Positions 22,562 through 32,596 of a stretch of DNA of 40,623 nucleotides are shown here, piece by piece (positions within the stretch are counted from its first letter, which is position 1; every line of letters begins with the position of its first letter). Both the position numbers and the translations under genes were made by a program. Below the pieces are notes generated by a model, which made no database searches, had not been told where the DNA came from, and worked only from the letters and a program-made list of their open reading frames with translations. Source of the DNA: a virus; the IMG/VR virus record IMGVR_UViG_3300031178_000001. One strand, written 5' to 3'.

Positions 22562-24550
22562 ATGTTGAAACTGTTCAAGAAAAAAGGTCAGGACTCCGTG
22601 CAGTTCGTGATGGAGCGCTTCGAGGAGTCCGAGGACTGGCACGTTCTGCGGCAAATCCAGATCAACCGCGCCTTTTACAACAGCCGGCAATGGATCAGTT
22701 GGGACCGCGTCAATAAGGTCGTTTATGTGCCCGAGCTGCGCCCGGGCGAGCGGCGCCTGACGTACAACAAGATCAAGCCGGCCGTCCTGACGCTTTTGGC
22801 GAAACTCTGCAAAAACCGCGTCAAGCTCGAGGTAAAACCGGATACCAACGACATCGAGCGGATCGAGGTTGCGAAAGCCGGCCTGAAATTCCTGACCTAC
22901 CAATGGCAGGAAGACGACATGGACGCGAAGACGCGCCGGCTGAAGTTTTATATGCTGGTCGACGGCATGCCGAGCTTGAAGGTCTACGTCGACAAGTCGC
23001 AGGGGGCTGACCTTGCCATTGACGACGATCTGGTCGCAGAACTGGCAAAAGAGGCAGGCATCGAAAACATCCCGACGAAGGCCGGAAAGATCGTGACGAA
23101 GGTCGTGGATCAGCTCTCGATCTACTATGACCCACTGGCCGAATCGCCCGAGGAAATCCGCTGGGTGATCGAGCGGCGGCCGGTTGACGTTGATGAGATC
23201 GAGGCCGAATTCGGGAAGAAGGTCGAGACCGAGGGCAACATCATCATGCGCAACAGCTTCTACCCGGACAGCCTCGGCCAGAAACCGCGGCATTACCCGA
23301 ATCATGCCATGGTCTATGACTATTGGGAGTTGCCGTGCAAGCAGTATCCGAAGGGCCGCCGGATCGTTGTTGCAGGCGGCGTCGAACTGCTTCATTCCGA
23401 GGACCCGGGCGAATTTCCGTATATCTTCTTCCCGGCCGTCCCGGTTCCAGGATCGGCCATCGCAACCGGCCTTGTGACCGACATGACGACGCCGCAGAAG
23501 TCGTACAACATCAAGCGGACGGCCGAGGCGCGCATCCTCGAAGAAATGGGCAACCCGCTTTGGCTCAAGCCGGAAGGCAGCGTCGACGACGAGGACCTGA
23601 TCAACGAAATCGGCGGCATCATCACTTATACGCCGTTCGGGCAACTCAAGCCGGAGCGCGTGCAGGGCGCAACCGTGGACAACGGATGGCAGAACGCCAT
23701 GGAGCGCGACGAGGCGGACATCGAAGACATTTCAGGCGCGCATGAAATCAGCCAGGGCGCCGCGCCGCGCGGAAACAACACGCTCGGCGGGCTGCAGCTC
23801 CAAGTCGAGCAGGACGAAACCCGGCTCGCGATTCTTGTGCAGTCCTATGAGGACGGCATCAAGAAGTGGGGCGAGAAGGTGCTGCGCCTCGTCCAGAAGC
23901 ACTTCCCGGAAGAACAGCAGCTCTCCATCGTCGGCGAGAACGGCGAGATCGAGGCGTTCGCGTTTGCCGGCGCCGATCTGACCGGTGGCGAAGTGGTCGA
24001 CGTGGTGCCGGGCAGCTCCATGCCGACGCTGAAAGCTGTTCAGGACCAAAAAATCATGAACATGTGGTCTGCCGGCATGTTCAACGACCCGGAGACGGGC
24101 CGACCAGATGTGCGCCGTGTCGTCCGCATGCTCGGCGAGTCGATCGCAACACAGTATTTCGACGACACCGAGCAGGACGAGAACAAGGCGCTGATGGAGA
24201 ATCGGACATGGCAACAGCTTTTTTCGGACCCGGACTTGGCGGAAATGCTGTTGGCCTACCAGAAGGAAATGCAGGCGTATCAAGAGGTCATGCAGCAGGC
24301 GCAGGCGCAGGGTATCCAACCGCAGGAGATCAATCCGCCGCAGCCGCCGGTCAAACTTCCGGTTGTCCGCGACTTCTACGACCACGCCGTGCATATCGCG
24401 GCGCACAATCGGTTCAGGAAAACCGACGATTACGATCGTCTGCCGCCCGAACTGCAGGCGATCATTGACCAACACGTCGCCGAGCACGAACGATGGCTGG
24501 CTGCGAAGAAGCAGCAAATGGCCGTGCCGGCGCAAGTTCCAGTTCAATAA
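22562..24550 (+). CDS. Portal protein, 662 aa
   Basis: Size and position between terL and the scaffold gene. Confidence 0.8.
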   Translation: MLKLFKKKGQDSVQFVMERFEESEDWHVLRQIQINRAFYNSRQWISWDRVNKVVYVPELRPGERRLTYNKIKPAVLTLLAKLCKNRVKLEVKPDTNDIERIEVAKAGLKFLTYQWQEDDMDAKTRRLKFYMLVDGMPSLKVYVDKSQGADLAIDDDLVAELAKEAGIENIPTKAGKIVTKVVDQLSIYYDPLAESPEEIRWVIERRPVDVDEIEAEFGKKVETEGNIIMRNSFYPDSLGQKPRHYPNHAMVYDYWELPCKQYPKGRRIVVAGGVELLHSEDPGEFPYIFFPAVPVPGSAIATGLVTDMTTPQKSYNIKRTAEARILEEMGNPLWLKPEGSVDDEDLINEIGGIITYTPFGQLKPERVQGATVDNGWQNAMERDEADIEDISGAHEISQGAAPRGNNTLGGLQLQVEQDETRLAILVQSYEDGIKKWGEKVLRLVQKHFPEEQQLSIVGENGEIEAFAFAGADLTGGEVVDVVPGSSMPTLKAVQDQKIMNMWSAGMFNDPETGRPDVRRVVRMLGESIATQYFDDTEQDENKALMENRTWQQLFSDPDLAEMLLAYQKEMQAYQEVMQQAQAQGIQPQEINPPQPPVKLPVVRDFYDHAVHIAAHNRFRKTDDYDRLPPELQAIIDQHVAEHERWLAAKKQQMAVPAQVPVQ

Positions 24551-24643
24551 CCGGGCCGTTGGTGGGAGTCCAGCGGCCCATTCTACCACCATTCCGCGGG
24601 CGTTGAAATCGTCTCCGCCGCCGGGAGACAAGGAGGATGCTAT

Positions 24644-25441
24644 ATGGGTGACCATCTGATTCTTGATCTGCAACTGTTCGCGGAGGACGAAGCAGTTGCA
24701 ACGGGCGTGGAAGACGCTCCCGCCGCCGGGGAGCAACCGGAAGCCAGTGAAGGTTCTGCGAACCAGACGGGCGTTGATGAACAGGCTGCCGCCGAGCCGG
24801 AAAAGCAGAACAACTTCGAAAAGGCGTTCGCGAAGCGGCTTGCCGCCGAGCGCTCCAAGTGGGAGAGCGAGCTGTCCGATAAGCTCAAGGACTACGAGGC
24901 GCACAGGCGGGTCAGCGAGTTCTTCCAGCAGTACAACGGCATGGACCTGAACGCGCTCATGGAGCGCATCGAGCTCGAGCAGCTCAAGCAACAGGCCGAG
25001 CAACAGCAGGTTCCTGTCGAGGTCATGCGCCGCATCCAAGAGCTTGAGCAAAAGGCTGCGCTGGCCGAACAACTGGCTCAGCAGCACGCTCAGGCCCAAT
25101 GGGAGAAGACGTATCGCGATGGGCTGGCCGCCTATGTCCAGGGCAAGGAAGACGCTGACCCGGACGCAATCACGAAATTCCTCGTCGACAACGGTATAAG
25201 CGTTGACCCGAACGACATGAACAAGGCGTTCGACCTGGCGTACAAGGCGATCCAGTTCGAGAAGCTACAGCAGCAGCTCGCCAGCGCTGAGAAAGACGGC
25301 ATGAAAAAGCTGATCGGTGCGAAAGGCAGCATTCCCGCGAATGTCGGTTCGTCCGGACAAGGGCAAGTTTCCAGCGGGACGCCGAAGACATTCGCAGATG
25401 CACGGGCGCGCGCAATGGCGCGGCTCGGCGCCACAGAATAA
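24644..25441 (+). CDS. Scaffolding protein (DUF4355-like), 265 aa
   Basis: N-terminal LDLQLFAEDE motif. Gln/Glu-rich coiled coil. Precedes the capsid gene. Confidence 0.75.
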   Translation: MGDHLILDLQLFAEDEAVATGVEDAPAAGEQPEASEGSANQTGVDEQAAAEPEKQNNFEKAFAKRLAAERSKWESELSDKLKDYEAHRRVSEFFQQYNGMDLNALMERIELEQLKQQAEQQQVPVEVMRRIQELEQKAALAEQLAQQHAQAQWEKTYRDGLAAYVQGKEDADPDAITKFLVDNGISVDPNDMNKAFDLAYKAIQFEKLQQQLASAEKDGMKKLIGAKGSIPANVGSSGQGQVSSGTPKTFADARARAMARLGATE

Positions 25442-25462
25442 TGATTCAGGAGATGATGCGAA

Positions 25463-26644
25463 ATGGCATTCGATCTGTCCGCCGCAAGTGCGGTTCTCAA
25501 GGAAGATTACCTGGGCCCGGTCCGGGAACAACTGAATAACGACAATCCGGTCATTCAGAAGCTGGTGCAGAACAAGCAGCAGGCAACCGGTAAACGATTC
25601 TATGTGCCGCTGCATATCGGCCGGAACAGCGGCGTCGGGTATCGCGCGGAAGGCGCGCCCTTGCCGCAAGCCGGCAGCCAGAAGTACAAGGAATCGACGG
25701 CGAACTGCGCGTACCTGTACGGCCGCATCGAAATCACGGGGCCGACCATCAAAGCCATGAGGAACGACAAGGGCGCATTCATCCGCGCCGTCGAATCCGA
25801 AATGAAGGGCCTGCTGCGCGACCTGAAAGACCAACGCGCGCGGGCACTTTTCGGCAACGGCACGGGCATGCTGGCGAAGTTCGATGCTAACTCCAACACC
25901 AACACGCTCACAGTCGACAAGGTGAAATACTTCCAGGTTGGCATGATCATCGACATCCTGCAAAGTGGCGGCACGCCTGTCGCGACTGGCCGGACCATCA
26001 CGAACATCGACGAAGGAAACAAGACCATCACGATCGACGGCGCCGCCGTGACGACGTCGAATACGGACATCGCGGTTGTGACGGGCGACTACAACGTCGA
26101 AGCGATGGGCCTTGGCGGCATCATGGACAGCTCGCTGACGCTGCAAGGCATCAACCCGGCCACCAACCCGTGGTGGAAGCCGAACAGAATCGCGAACAAC
26201 GGTACGCCGCGCGCGATTTCCCAGCAACTGATGCGGCAGGCCGTCGACCTGTCGGAGATCCGGGGCGGAAAGGTCGACTGGATCACGACGTCGTATGGTG
26301 TGCGGGCCGCGCTCGAGGCGATCATGCAACAAAACGTGCGGTACGTCCGCCCGATGACGCTCGAAGGCGGCTTCAACGTGCTGGAATACGACGGCATGCC
26401 GATCTTCGTCGACCGCTACCACGAGTCGAACCGCATGTTCTTCCTCGATTCGTCCGAACTGGACCTGTACCAACTGTCGGACTTCGAGTGGATGGAAGAC
26501 GACAAAGGCGGCGTGCTGCGGCCGAAGTCCGGCTACGATGCATACGAGGCGACGATGTTCTGCTACGAAACGCTGGTCACGTACCGCCGGAACGCACACA
26601 CGGATCTGGCAGACCTGCAAGAGCCGGCCGGTTACATCGCCTGA
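25463..26644 (+). CDS. Major capsid protein, 393 aa
   Basis: Position, size and the following terminator. The family itself was not verified. Confidence 0.8.
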   Translation: MAFDLSAASAVLKEDYLGPVREQLNNDNPVIQKLVQNKQQATGKRFYVPLHIGRNSGVGYRAEGAPLPQAGSQKYKESTANCAYLYGRIEITGPTIKAMRNDKGAFIRAVESEMKGLLRDLKDQRARALFGNGTGMLAKFDANSNTNTLTVDKVKYFQVGMIIDILQSGGTPVATGRTITNIDEGNKTITIDGAAVTTSNTDIAVVTGDYNVEAMGLGGIMDSSLTLQGINPATNPWWKPNRIANNGTPRAISQQLMRQAVDLSEIRGGKVDWITTSYGVRAALEAIMQQNVRYVRPMTLEGGFNVLEYDGMPIFVDRYHESNRMFFLDSSELDLYQLSDFEWMEDDKGGVLRPKSGYDAYEATMFCYETLVTYRRNAHTDLADLQEPAGYIA

Positions 26645-26659
26645 TCGGTTACAGCACAG

Positions 26660-26690
26660 GGAGAGCCCCGAAGGGCTCTCCTATTTCTTT
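26660..26690 (+). terminator. Rho-independent terminator after the capsid gene
   Basis: 9-bp stem GGAGAGCCC/GGGCTCTCC, loop CGAA, then TATTTCTTT. Confidence 0.7.
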
Positions 26691-26710
26691 GCATATGGGG
26701 AGGGAAAATC

Positions 26711-27058
26711 GTGGCGCAGTACGACATCCACAGCATCGAGGATCGCCTGCAGGCGATCGACCCGCGCATTGTACGAATTGACTTCAACCATGCCCGCGAG
26801 CGGCACGAAATCATCGCCCGGGACAACCACGGAGCCGAGTATATCGCGTTCACGGTGCCGTGGGGCGAGCTTGACGCGCGGGCGGAACGCGAACTGTACC
26901 GGATCCGGCCGGAACGCATGAACCCGTTCGAGGAAGTCCGCCGGGCCGAGGAACGCAAGCAGCGGGCCGAAGACAAGAAGATCCACGACATGGCCACCGA
27001 TCTGGTCGAGAACATCCAATCTTCATTCCGGCACAAGCCGAGTCGGTCGATTGAATGA
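26711..27058 (+). CDS. Hypothetical virion-module protein, 115 aa
   Basis: GTG start with a GGAGGG RBS. Confidence 0.6.
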   Translation: MAQYDIHSIEDRLQAIDPRIVRIDFNHARERHEIIARDNHGAEYIAFTVPWGELDARAERELYRIRPERMNPFEEVRRAEERKQRAEDKKIHDMATDLVENIQSSFRHKPSRSIE

Positions 27059-27078
27059 CGAAACGGGGGTGACGCATC

Positions 27079-27669
27079 GTGAACCTGCGCGACCTGAAAG
27101 ACCGGGTCTTCCAGATGACGAACGGGATTTACCGCGATCAGGAGCACATGCGCGTGCTGGTGAATCAGGCGCTGATCGAACTTGCGAAGGCTGCGAAGAT
27201 TCAGTCGACGGCGACCATCACGACCACGCCGGGCGTCGGCGAATATCCGCTGCCGGCCGACTTCAAAGAGGCAATCAGCCTGCTGGAAGGCACGCCGGAC
27301 AATCCGGTCATGGAATGGCGGCTGGTTGATCCGATGTCGCCCCTCGGAGGCTTCGCGATTTATAACGGCCAACTGATCATCAAGCCGACGCCGTCGGATT
27401 CCCGGACGCTGACGCTTTACTATTACGCCTACCCGGCGGAGCTCGTCAGCGACACGGACGATCTGCCGATCGACGACCGGTATGGGTATGCGATCGCGGC
27501 GTATGCGGCGGCCATGATCCTGTCGCTGCCGGGCATGGAGGGTGTGAGCCAAGGAATGATCGACCGTTACTTCCGGTTGTTTGAGGATGCGAAAGCGCGG
27601 TTCGTCGCCGACATGCAGCGGAGAAACAAGAGGACCACGGTCCGGAAGGTGGTGGATTGGTGGGTATGA
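27079..27669 (+). CDS. Putative head-tail adaptor/connector protein, 196 aa
   Basis: Position only. GTG start. Confidence 0.45.
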   Translation: MNLRDLKDRVFQMTNGIYRDQEHMRVLVNQALIELAKAAKIQSTATITTTPGVGEYPLPADFKEAISLLEGTPDNPVMEWRLVDPMSPLGGFAIYNGQLIIKPTPSDSRTLTLYYYAYPAELVSDTDDLPIDDRYGYAIAAYAAAMILSLPGMEGVSQGMIDRYFRLFEDAKARFVADMQRRNKRTTVRKVVDWWV

Positions 27670-27848
27670 AGACGTATCAATTCACCTGTTGCGTGCGGAT
27701 CGAGGAGACAGGCGATCTGATGCCGATATACGGCCTCGTGACGCCACCTGTGACGGCAAACACTCCGACCGAGGCAATGTACCACCCGGACACGATAGCC
27801 TTTCTAACCCTGCACAAATGCAGGGTTTTTGAACTCATCAGGCGGTGA
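27666..27848 (+). CDS. Hypothetical protein, 60 aa
   Basis: ATG 27666 overlaps the upstream stop (ATGA). Confidence 0.45.
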   Translation: MKTYQFTCCVRIEETGDLMPIYGLVTPPVTANTPTEAMYHPDTIAFLTLHKCRVFELIRR

Positions 27849-27852
27849 TCGA

Positions 27853-28491
27853 ATGCATACGTGGAATGCAGGCCAAATCCTGACCGTCGTCCGAACGGTA
27901 AACAAGATGGACATCGACTATTTGGGTCCAGACCAGTCGACGCAGGATCAGACATTGATCCAGTTCATGAACGTCGCACTCTGGAAGCTGGCGCGCCTCA
28001 TGTACAACACAGAGATCAGCGACGTGCTGACCGTCTCCGGCGATGGACCGGTCACATTCCAAAAGGGGCAGGCTGCCATTACGAACATGTTCGAGCCGCT
28101 GCGGATCATCGACGTTAACACGGGGTCCGAAATGCCGAAGCGTCCGGCTTACACATCCGCGCGTGGATGGTACTGCGAAGCACCGAATCGCAAGATCGAC
28201 ATCCGCGGGTTCACCGGAGATTTCGAGCTGCACTATATCCGTTACCCCCGGCAAGTCACGAAGTCAGACGATCCGGTCGACTGCCCGGAATCCGGATATC
28301 ATGCGCTTATCAACGAGATTTCGGCGCAAGTGAAGCTGGTCAAGAACTTCTACGAAGAATCCTCCGCGGCAGCAGGAAACGCACAGGCCGGATACCCGAT
28401 GGTCACGCAGGCAGCCATTTCGGCGCGCGGGCCGTCTTCCGGCGGCAATCCGCCGTCGTTCCGCGACGTCGACAAGGCAAGGGGTGGTTGA
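27853..28491 (+). CDS. Putative second adaptor/tail-completion protein, 212 aa
   Basis: ATG 27853. Similar motif order to 27079..27669. Confidence 0.45.
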   Translation: MHTWNAGQILTVVRTVNKMDIDYLGPDQSTQDQTLIQFMNVALWKLARLMYNTEISDVLTVSGDGPVTFQKGQAAITNMFEPLRIIDVNTGSEMPKRPAYTSARGWYCEAPNRKIDIRGFTGDFELHYIRYPRQVTKSDDPVDCPESGYHALINEISAQVKLVKNFYEESSAAAGNAQAGYPMVTQAAISARGPSSGGNPPSFRDVDKARGG

Positions 28492-30064
28492 TGTGCCAGG
28501 CGGAAAGCAACAGGCCGTCGTCTTGAACCTGAGCGTGTCCGGCGGGATCAACACCGTCGCCCAGCCGACCGCGCTCGCGGAGAACCAGGCGCGATATCTG
28601 CTGAACGGCGTGCAGCCGGCCGGCAGGCTCGGACCGTGCGCGAAGCGGCCGGGAACAATCCCGGTCACGACATCGCCGCTGTCGAATCCGATCCGCTGGA
28701 TTACGGTTTACCGGACTGGCGCGGATGATCGCATCCTCGTGACCGCCGGCAACAAACTGTACCGTCTGAACGGCACGGCGCTGCAGGAAGTCTCCGGCAA
28801 TCTGAACAGCGCCGACATCTTCGACGTCGACTTCACGGACGGGAACAGCCAATCGCGGAAAATCATCGTCGACGGCGGCGCGATCAAGGCGTATAACGAC
28901 GCCACAAACACGGTCGCCGCGATCACACCGGCGCCGGACGATCCGAACCCGAACCCGCCGAACGTTCTGAGCGACCTTCACACGAAAGGCATGAAATACT
29001 GTTTCAGCTATCAGGGCCATGTGTTCGTGAGCGACGGATCGGATACTTGGTGGTATTCGAAGCGGTACACATTCGACTACTTCCCGTCTGTCCAGTGGGA
29101 GCGGTGGGTACGCGATAACGACTACATGCAGGGGCCGGGCGTGGCCTTTGACAACGTCCTGATGCTGCCGATGCGTCGCGGGTGGGGCATCTTGTTCGGC
29201 AGCTCGTTCGACGATTTCGTCGGTAACCAGTTCCTGAACACGCGCGCCGGTGTCGTCGCGCCGCGGTCAATTGCACGGTTGACCTACCCAGACGGTCGCC
29301 AGACGATCGCGTATCTGTCCGATGACGGCGTGTATGAGATATACGATACGCAGCTTCTGGACACCGGCTCCCGGAGATATTCAACGCGGTCGATCTCCGT
29401 GGACAAGATCGACTTTGATGCTCTCGGGTTGACCGAGCAGGAGAAAGAGGCAGCGGTCGGCTATTTTGACCCGCGCACGAACTTGTATCTGATCCGGTTT
29501 AACCGGGGTGCAGAACGTCTCTGTTACGCCTACGACACGCGCAACAGCGAATGGTATCCTTGGACGAACATTCGGGCAGCCGGCTTCGCGCGGAGCGGAC
29601 CGAACCTTTACTTTGCAGGCGAGACGGGACATCTGCACAAATTCGACTCGACGCTCGGCAGCGATTGGGATGATGCGAACAAGACGACCGGAACGCCGGT
29701 CGAATTCGTGCGAATATCCGACCTGATCGCGCTGGAGAAGACCGGCAAGATGAGCGTATTTGACGAGCTGATCATCTTCGCCCGCCAATATGCCACGAAG
29801 TCGAGCCTCGACGTTCATGTTGTGTTCTATTCGTCCAAGGTCGAAGTCGATCAGGCGCTGCGAAATCAATTTTTCACATGGGACGTTACGGCGTGGGATG
29901 AGGCGGCATGGGCGAATCTCGATTACACCGACCTTGTCAGCGCGCCGAAACCGCTAATTTTCTGCAAGACATCGTATTTTGCACAGATCATAGTCAAGAA
30001 TGATCGGGACGAACTCTGTGAAATCTACGACATGGCGTTCAAGGGACGCCTGTCGGGTTACTGA
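28484..30064 (+). CDS. Putative tail hub/nozzle-like protein, 526 aa
   Basis: Size, position upstream of the fibre gene, and repetitive beta-rich sequence. Start may be GTG 28493. Confidence 0.4.
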   Translation: MVDVPGGKQQAVVLNLSVSGGINTVAQPTALAENQARYLLNGVQPAGRLGPCAKRPGTIPVTTSPLSNPIRWITVYRTGADDRILVTAGNKLYRLNGTALQEVSGNLNSADIFDVDFTDGNSQSRKIIVDGGAIKAYNDATNTVAAITPAPDDPNPNPPNVLSDLHTKGMKYCFSYQGHVFVSDGSDTWWYSKRYTFDYFPSVQWERWVRDNDYMQGPGVAFDNVLMLPMRRGWGILFGSSFDDFVGNQFLNTRAGVVAPRSIARLTYPDGRQTIAYLSDDGVYEIYDTQLLDTGSRRYSTRSISVDKIDFDALGLTEQEKEAAVGYFDPRTNLYLIRFNRGAERLCYAYDTRNSEWYPWTNIRAAGFARSGPNLYFAGETGHLHKFDSTLGSDWDDANKTTGTPVEFVRISDLIALEKTGKMSVFDELIIFARQYATKSSLDVHVVFYSSKVEVDQALRNQFFTWDVTAWDEAAWANLDYTDLVSAPKPLIFCKTSYFAQIIVKNDRDELCEIYDMAFKGRLSGY

Positions 30065-30075
30065 GGTGATGCCAA

Positions 30076-31251
30076 ATGGCCCAACTACCCGCGGACAGAA
30101 CAAAGCTGAATGCGGCTGTCGCAAACCAACAGCCGTCCATCGTCGCATCCGCGCAAGCGAACCGCGAGGCGCTGATCGAGGCGTATGATACGATCGACAA
30201 ACTTTACGACTTCACGTCCGGGCTTGTCGCGGGGAACATCCTCCAGCCGTACCCGTTCGGCCTCTACCGCAACGCCATCATCAACGGCAACTTCGATGTG
30301 TGGCAGCGGGGGACGAGTTTTTATAATCCGATATCCACCAAATTCTTATGCGACCGCTTTTTCGTCCAACATAGTATAGAGGGGTTTCCAAACATCACGA
30401 TCAGCCGGCAAGGAATCACTCCCGGGGATGTACTCGGATCTCGGTATTGCATGCGGATAGAAACTGACGGTCCGGGGTCTAATTTGGGGAATAACAGTTT
30501 CTACACCATCCGCCAGAAAATCGAAAACGGTACGCGCTTGTTGTGCGGAGACGGTAGGAAGGTTACGTTCTCGTTTTGGGCCAGATCATCCATTCCCGGG
30601 AAAAAGATGGCTGTCAACCTGAAGCAAAACTATGGTACTGGTGGATCGCCAACTACTGAGGAAGAATTGGTTGGGAAAGTGTTCGATTTAACCTCGACAT
30701 GGACGAAATTTTCCGTCACCTTCACGACCAACACGCTCGCGAGCAAAACGTTCGGCACGAACCAAGATGATACGCTCATCTTGGTTTTGTGGATCCAATG
30801 GGGTACTAATTTCGTATCTCGCTTTGGGGGTTCGGCTGCTGAATCTTTTGGAGGCGCTGGGTATATTGAAATCGCCCAAGTCCAACTGAATGCCGGCGAC
30901 GTTGCCCTGCCTTTTCAGCCGCGCCACTATACGGAAGAATTTGCATTGTGCCGCCGGTACTGCCAAGTGTACGGATATGGCGTGCCGGGAGTCTGCCGAG
31001 AAACAACTGCTGTGACGCTTTTTCTTCCGGGGGTCAACATGAGGGTGACACCGACAGTCCAACTGCTCAAGACATCAATCCAGATATACGATGGGGTCAC
31101 GGCGTATGTTAGCACAAACTCTACAGCCATCCCCGGTCTCAGAGACGACAACGGTTTGGCAGTTAGGCTAGACGGGTTTTCCGGTCTGACTGTCGGGCGT
31201 CCTATGGTCCTGGATGACGGGCGCGTTATCCTGCTGGACGCCGAACTGTGA
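30076..31251 (+). CDS. Tail fibre / receptor-binding protein, 391 aa
   Basis: NAIINGNFDVWQRGTS jelly-roll-type motif. Followed by XkdW/XkdX-like genes. Confidence 0.65.
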   Translation: MAQLPADRTKLNAAVANQQPSIVASAQANREALIEAYDTIDKLYDFTSGLVAGNILQPYPFGLYRNAIINGNFDVWQRGTSFYNPISTKFLCDRFFVQHSIEGFPNITISRQGITPGDVLGSRYCMRIETDGPGSNLGNNSFYTIRQKIENGTRLLCGDGRKVTFSFWARSSIPGKKMAVNLKQNYGTGGSPTTEEELVGKVFDLTSTWTKFSVTFTTNTLASKTFGTNQDDTLILVLWIQWGTNFVSRFGGSAAESFGGAGYIEIAQVQLNAGDVALPFQPRHYTEEFALCRRYCQVYGYGVPGVCRETTAVTLFLPGVNMRVTPTVQLLKTSIQIYDGVTAYVSTNSTAIPGLRDDNGLAVRLDGFSGLTVGRPMVLDDGRVILLDAEL

Positions 31252-31269
31252 ACTATGAGGAGGTACGAA

Positions 31270-31593
31270 ATGGACGGATATAAGCACTACATCCGTATTA
31301 ACGAGGCCGGGATCGTGATCCACGGCTTTTCTGATGCGTTCGAGCAGCCGCAGGAAGGTGACATCCTCATCCTTGAGGACGGGCCGCGTCACTTCCACCA
31401 AGTTTGGCCGTGGCCGATTGTCAATGAACGCGGTCAGTACATTTCGCGCTGGATCGACGGTAAGCGGGTCGAGCGGTCGCAGGATGAACTGGACGCCGAA
31501 TGGTCCCAGCGGCCGCCGGCTCCGCCGACGATCGAACAACGACTGAAAGTCATCGAGGAATTGAACCTCGGCATTCTCTTAGGGGGTGTGTAG
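31270..31593 (+). CDS. XkdW-like tail-associated protein, 107 aa
   Basis: ATG 31270 after a GAGGAGG RBS. Position between the fibre gene and the XkdX-like gene. Confidence 0.45.
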   Translation: MDGYKHYIRINEAGIVIHGFSDAFEQPQEGDILILEDGPRHFHQVWPWPIVNERGQYISRWIDGKRVERSQDELDAEWSQRPPAPPTIEQRLKVIEELNLGILLGGV

Positions 31594-31596
31594 AGG

Positions 31597-31746
31597 ATGA
31601 TGGGCGAAGCAGCGAAGAATTTTCTTCTGTCCATGTGGCTCCAATGCCGTTTGACCGAACAACAAGTGGAACTCGCCTTTCAGCTCGGACGTATTACTGA
31701 ACAGGAGCGCGATGAAATTCTCAATACACCGCGCCATTGCGAATGA
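31597..31746 (+). CDS. XkdX-like small protein, 49 aa (below the ORF-track cutoff)
   Basis: Hand translation MMGEAAKNFLLSMWLQCRLTEQQVELAFQLGRITEQERDEILNTPRHCE, which fits the XkdX pattern (W..g.lt.eqv...v..g.IT.ee..eI). Confidence 0.5.
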   Translation: MMGEAAKNFLLSMWLQCRLTEQQVELAFQLGRITEQERDEILNTPRHCE

Positions 31747-31750
31747 TTTA

Positions 31751-31769
31751 TGGTAGAATATACCTACCA
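31751..31769 (+). promoter_or_regulatory. Extended -10 (TGGTAGAAT) embedded in an inverted repeat TGGTAG/CTACCA
   Basis: 31751-31759 and 31764-31769. Lies 33 nt upstream of the protease ATG. Confidence 0.4.
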
Positions 31770-31791
31770 ACACATGAAGAAGGTGGAAGGA

Positions 31792-32589
31792 ATGCGGCGG
31801 AAACTCTCATTCCTGATCGCTCTGTTCTTATTCGCGCTCAGCGCGACATACGCAAGCAGCGCGGGAGGTCAATTCGTCAAAGTGTTCGTCAATGGCAAAC
31901 AGGTACAGTCTGGCCAGATTATCGACGGATCGACGATGCTGCCGCTGCGCGCCATCGCGGAAGCGCTGGGCGCGTATGTGGAATGGGACGGTAAAACGTA
32001 TTCGGCGAAGATTATCACGCCTCAGACGGGCGCACAGGAGCCCACAGAAGGGCTTACGCTGGCGGAGCTGAACGAGATCGGAAAGTCGGTGCCGATGATC
32101 TATGCGCTGGACGCGGCCGGCCAGCCGTTCGAGCAGGGGTCGGGATTCATATATGGCGATCTTCTGATCACGAATTATCACGTCGTCGACGACAGCGCTT
32201 CGCTCCGGGTTCACTTTGGCGGTAAGGTGGAGACGGTCAAGACGGAACTTATTATCAACAATCCGGATGCCGATCTCGTTGCGGTCAGACTTTCCGGTTA
32301 TCCTTCACTGAAACTAGCGAGCGCCGAGCCGAAGAAGGGCGATAAGGTGTACGTGCTCGGGCACCCGGATCAGCGATTTACGATCAGCGAGGGAACTATT
32401 CAATCTGTTTTGGAGTTCGACGGTGAATATTCGGCAATAGTTAGCGATGCTGACGTATCGCCCGGAAGCAGCGGCGGTGTTATGATCAATGCATCGGGTG
32501 AAGCGATCGGGATCGTTCGCGGAGGATATGGAGGCTATAGCAACGCGCTACACGTAAAGCATCTGGTCGAAGAAGCGAATAAGATTTAA
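31792..32589 (+). CDS. Secreted trypsin-like (S1) serine protease with copper-amine-oxidase-N-type stalk domain, 265 aa
   Basis: Signal peptide MRRKLSFLIALFLFALSATYASSA. Stalk motif IDGSTMLPLRAIAEALGAYVEWDG. Catalytic triad contexts TNYHVV, DADLVAV and PGSSGGV. Confidence 0.8.
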   Translation: MRRKLSFLIALFLFALSATYASSAGGQFVKVFVNGKQVQSGQIIDGSTMLPLRAIAEALGAYVEWDGKTYSAKIITPQTGAQEPTEGLTLAELNEIGKSVPMIYALDAAGQPFEQGSGFIYGDLLITNYHVVDDSASLRVHFGGKVETVKTELIINNPDADLVAVRLSGYPSLKLASAEPKKGDKVYVLGHPDQRFTISEGTIQSVLEFDGEYSAIVSDADVSPGSSGGVMINASGEAIGIVRGGYGGYSNALHVKHLVEEANKI

Positions 32590-32596
32590 CCGGAAG

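Noticed and set aside
22364-26620. Very long minus-strand ORFs (22364..23644, 23732..25099, 25265..26620). Similar ones occur at 6562..7500, 21520..22578, 33987..35519 and 36057..37319.
   Set aside because: They lie exactly antisense to well-supported portal, scaffold, capsid, terminase and virion genes. They are Arg/Leu/Pro-rich with no RBS. These are typical shadow ORFs of GC-rich coding DNA.
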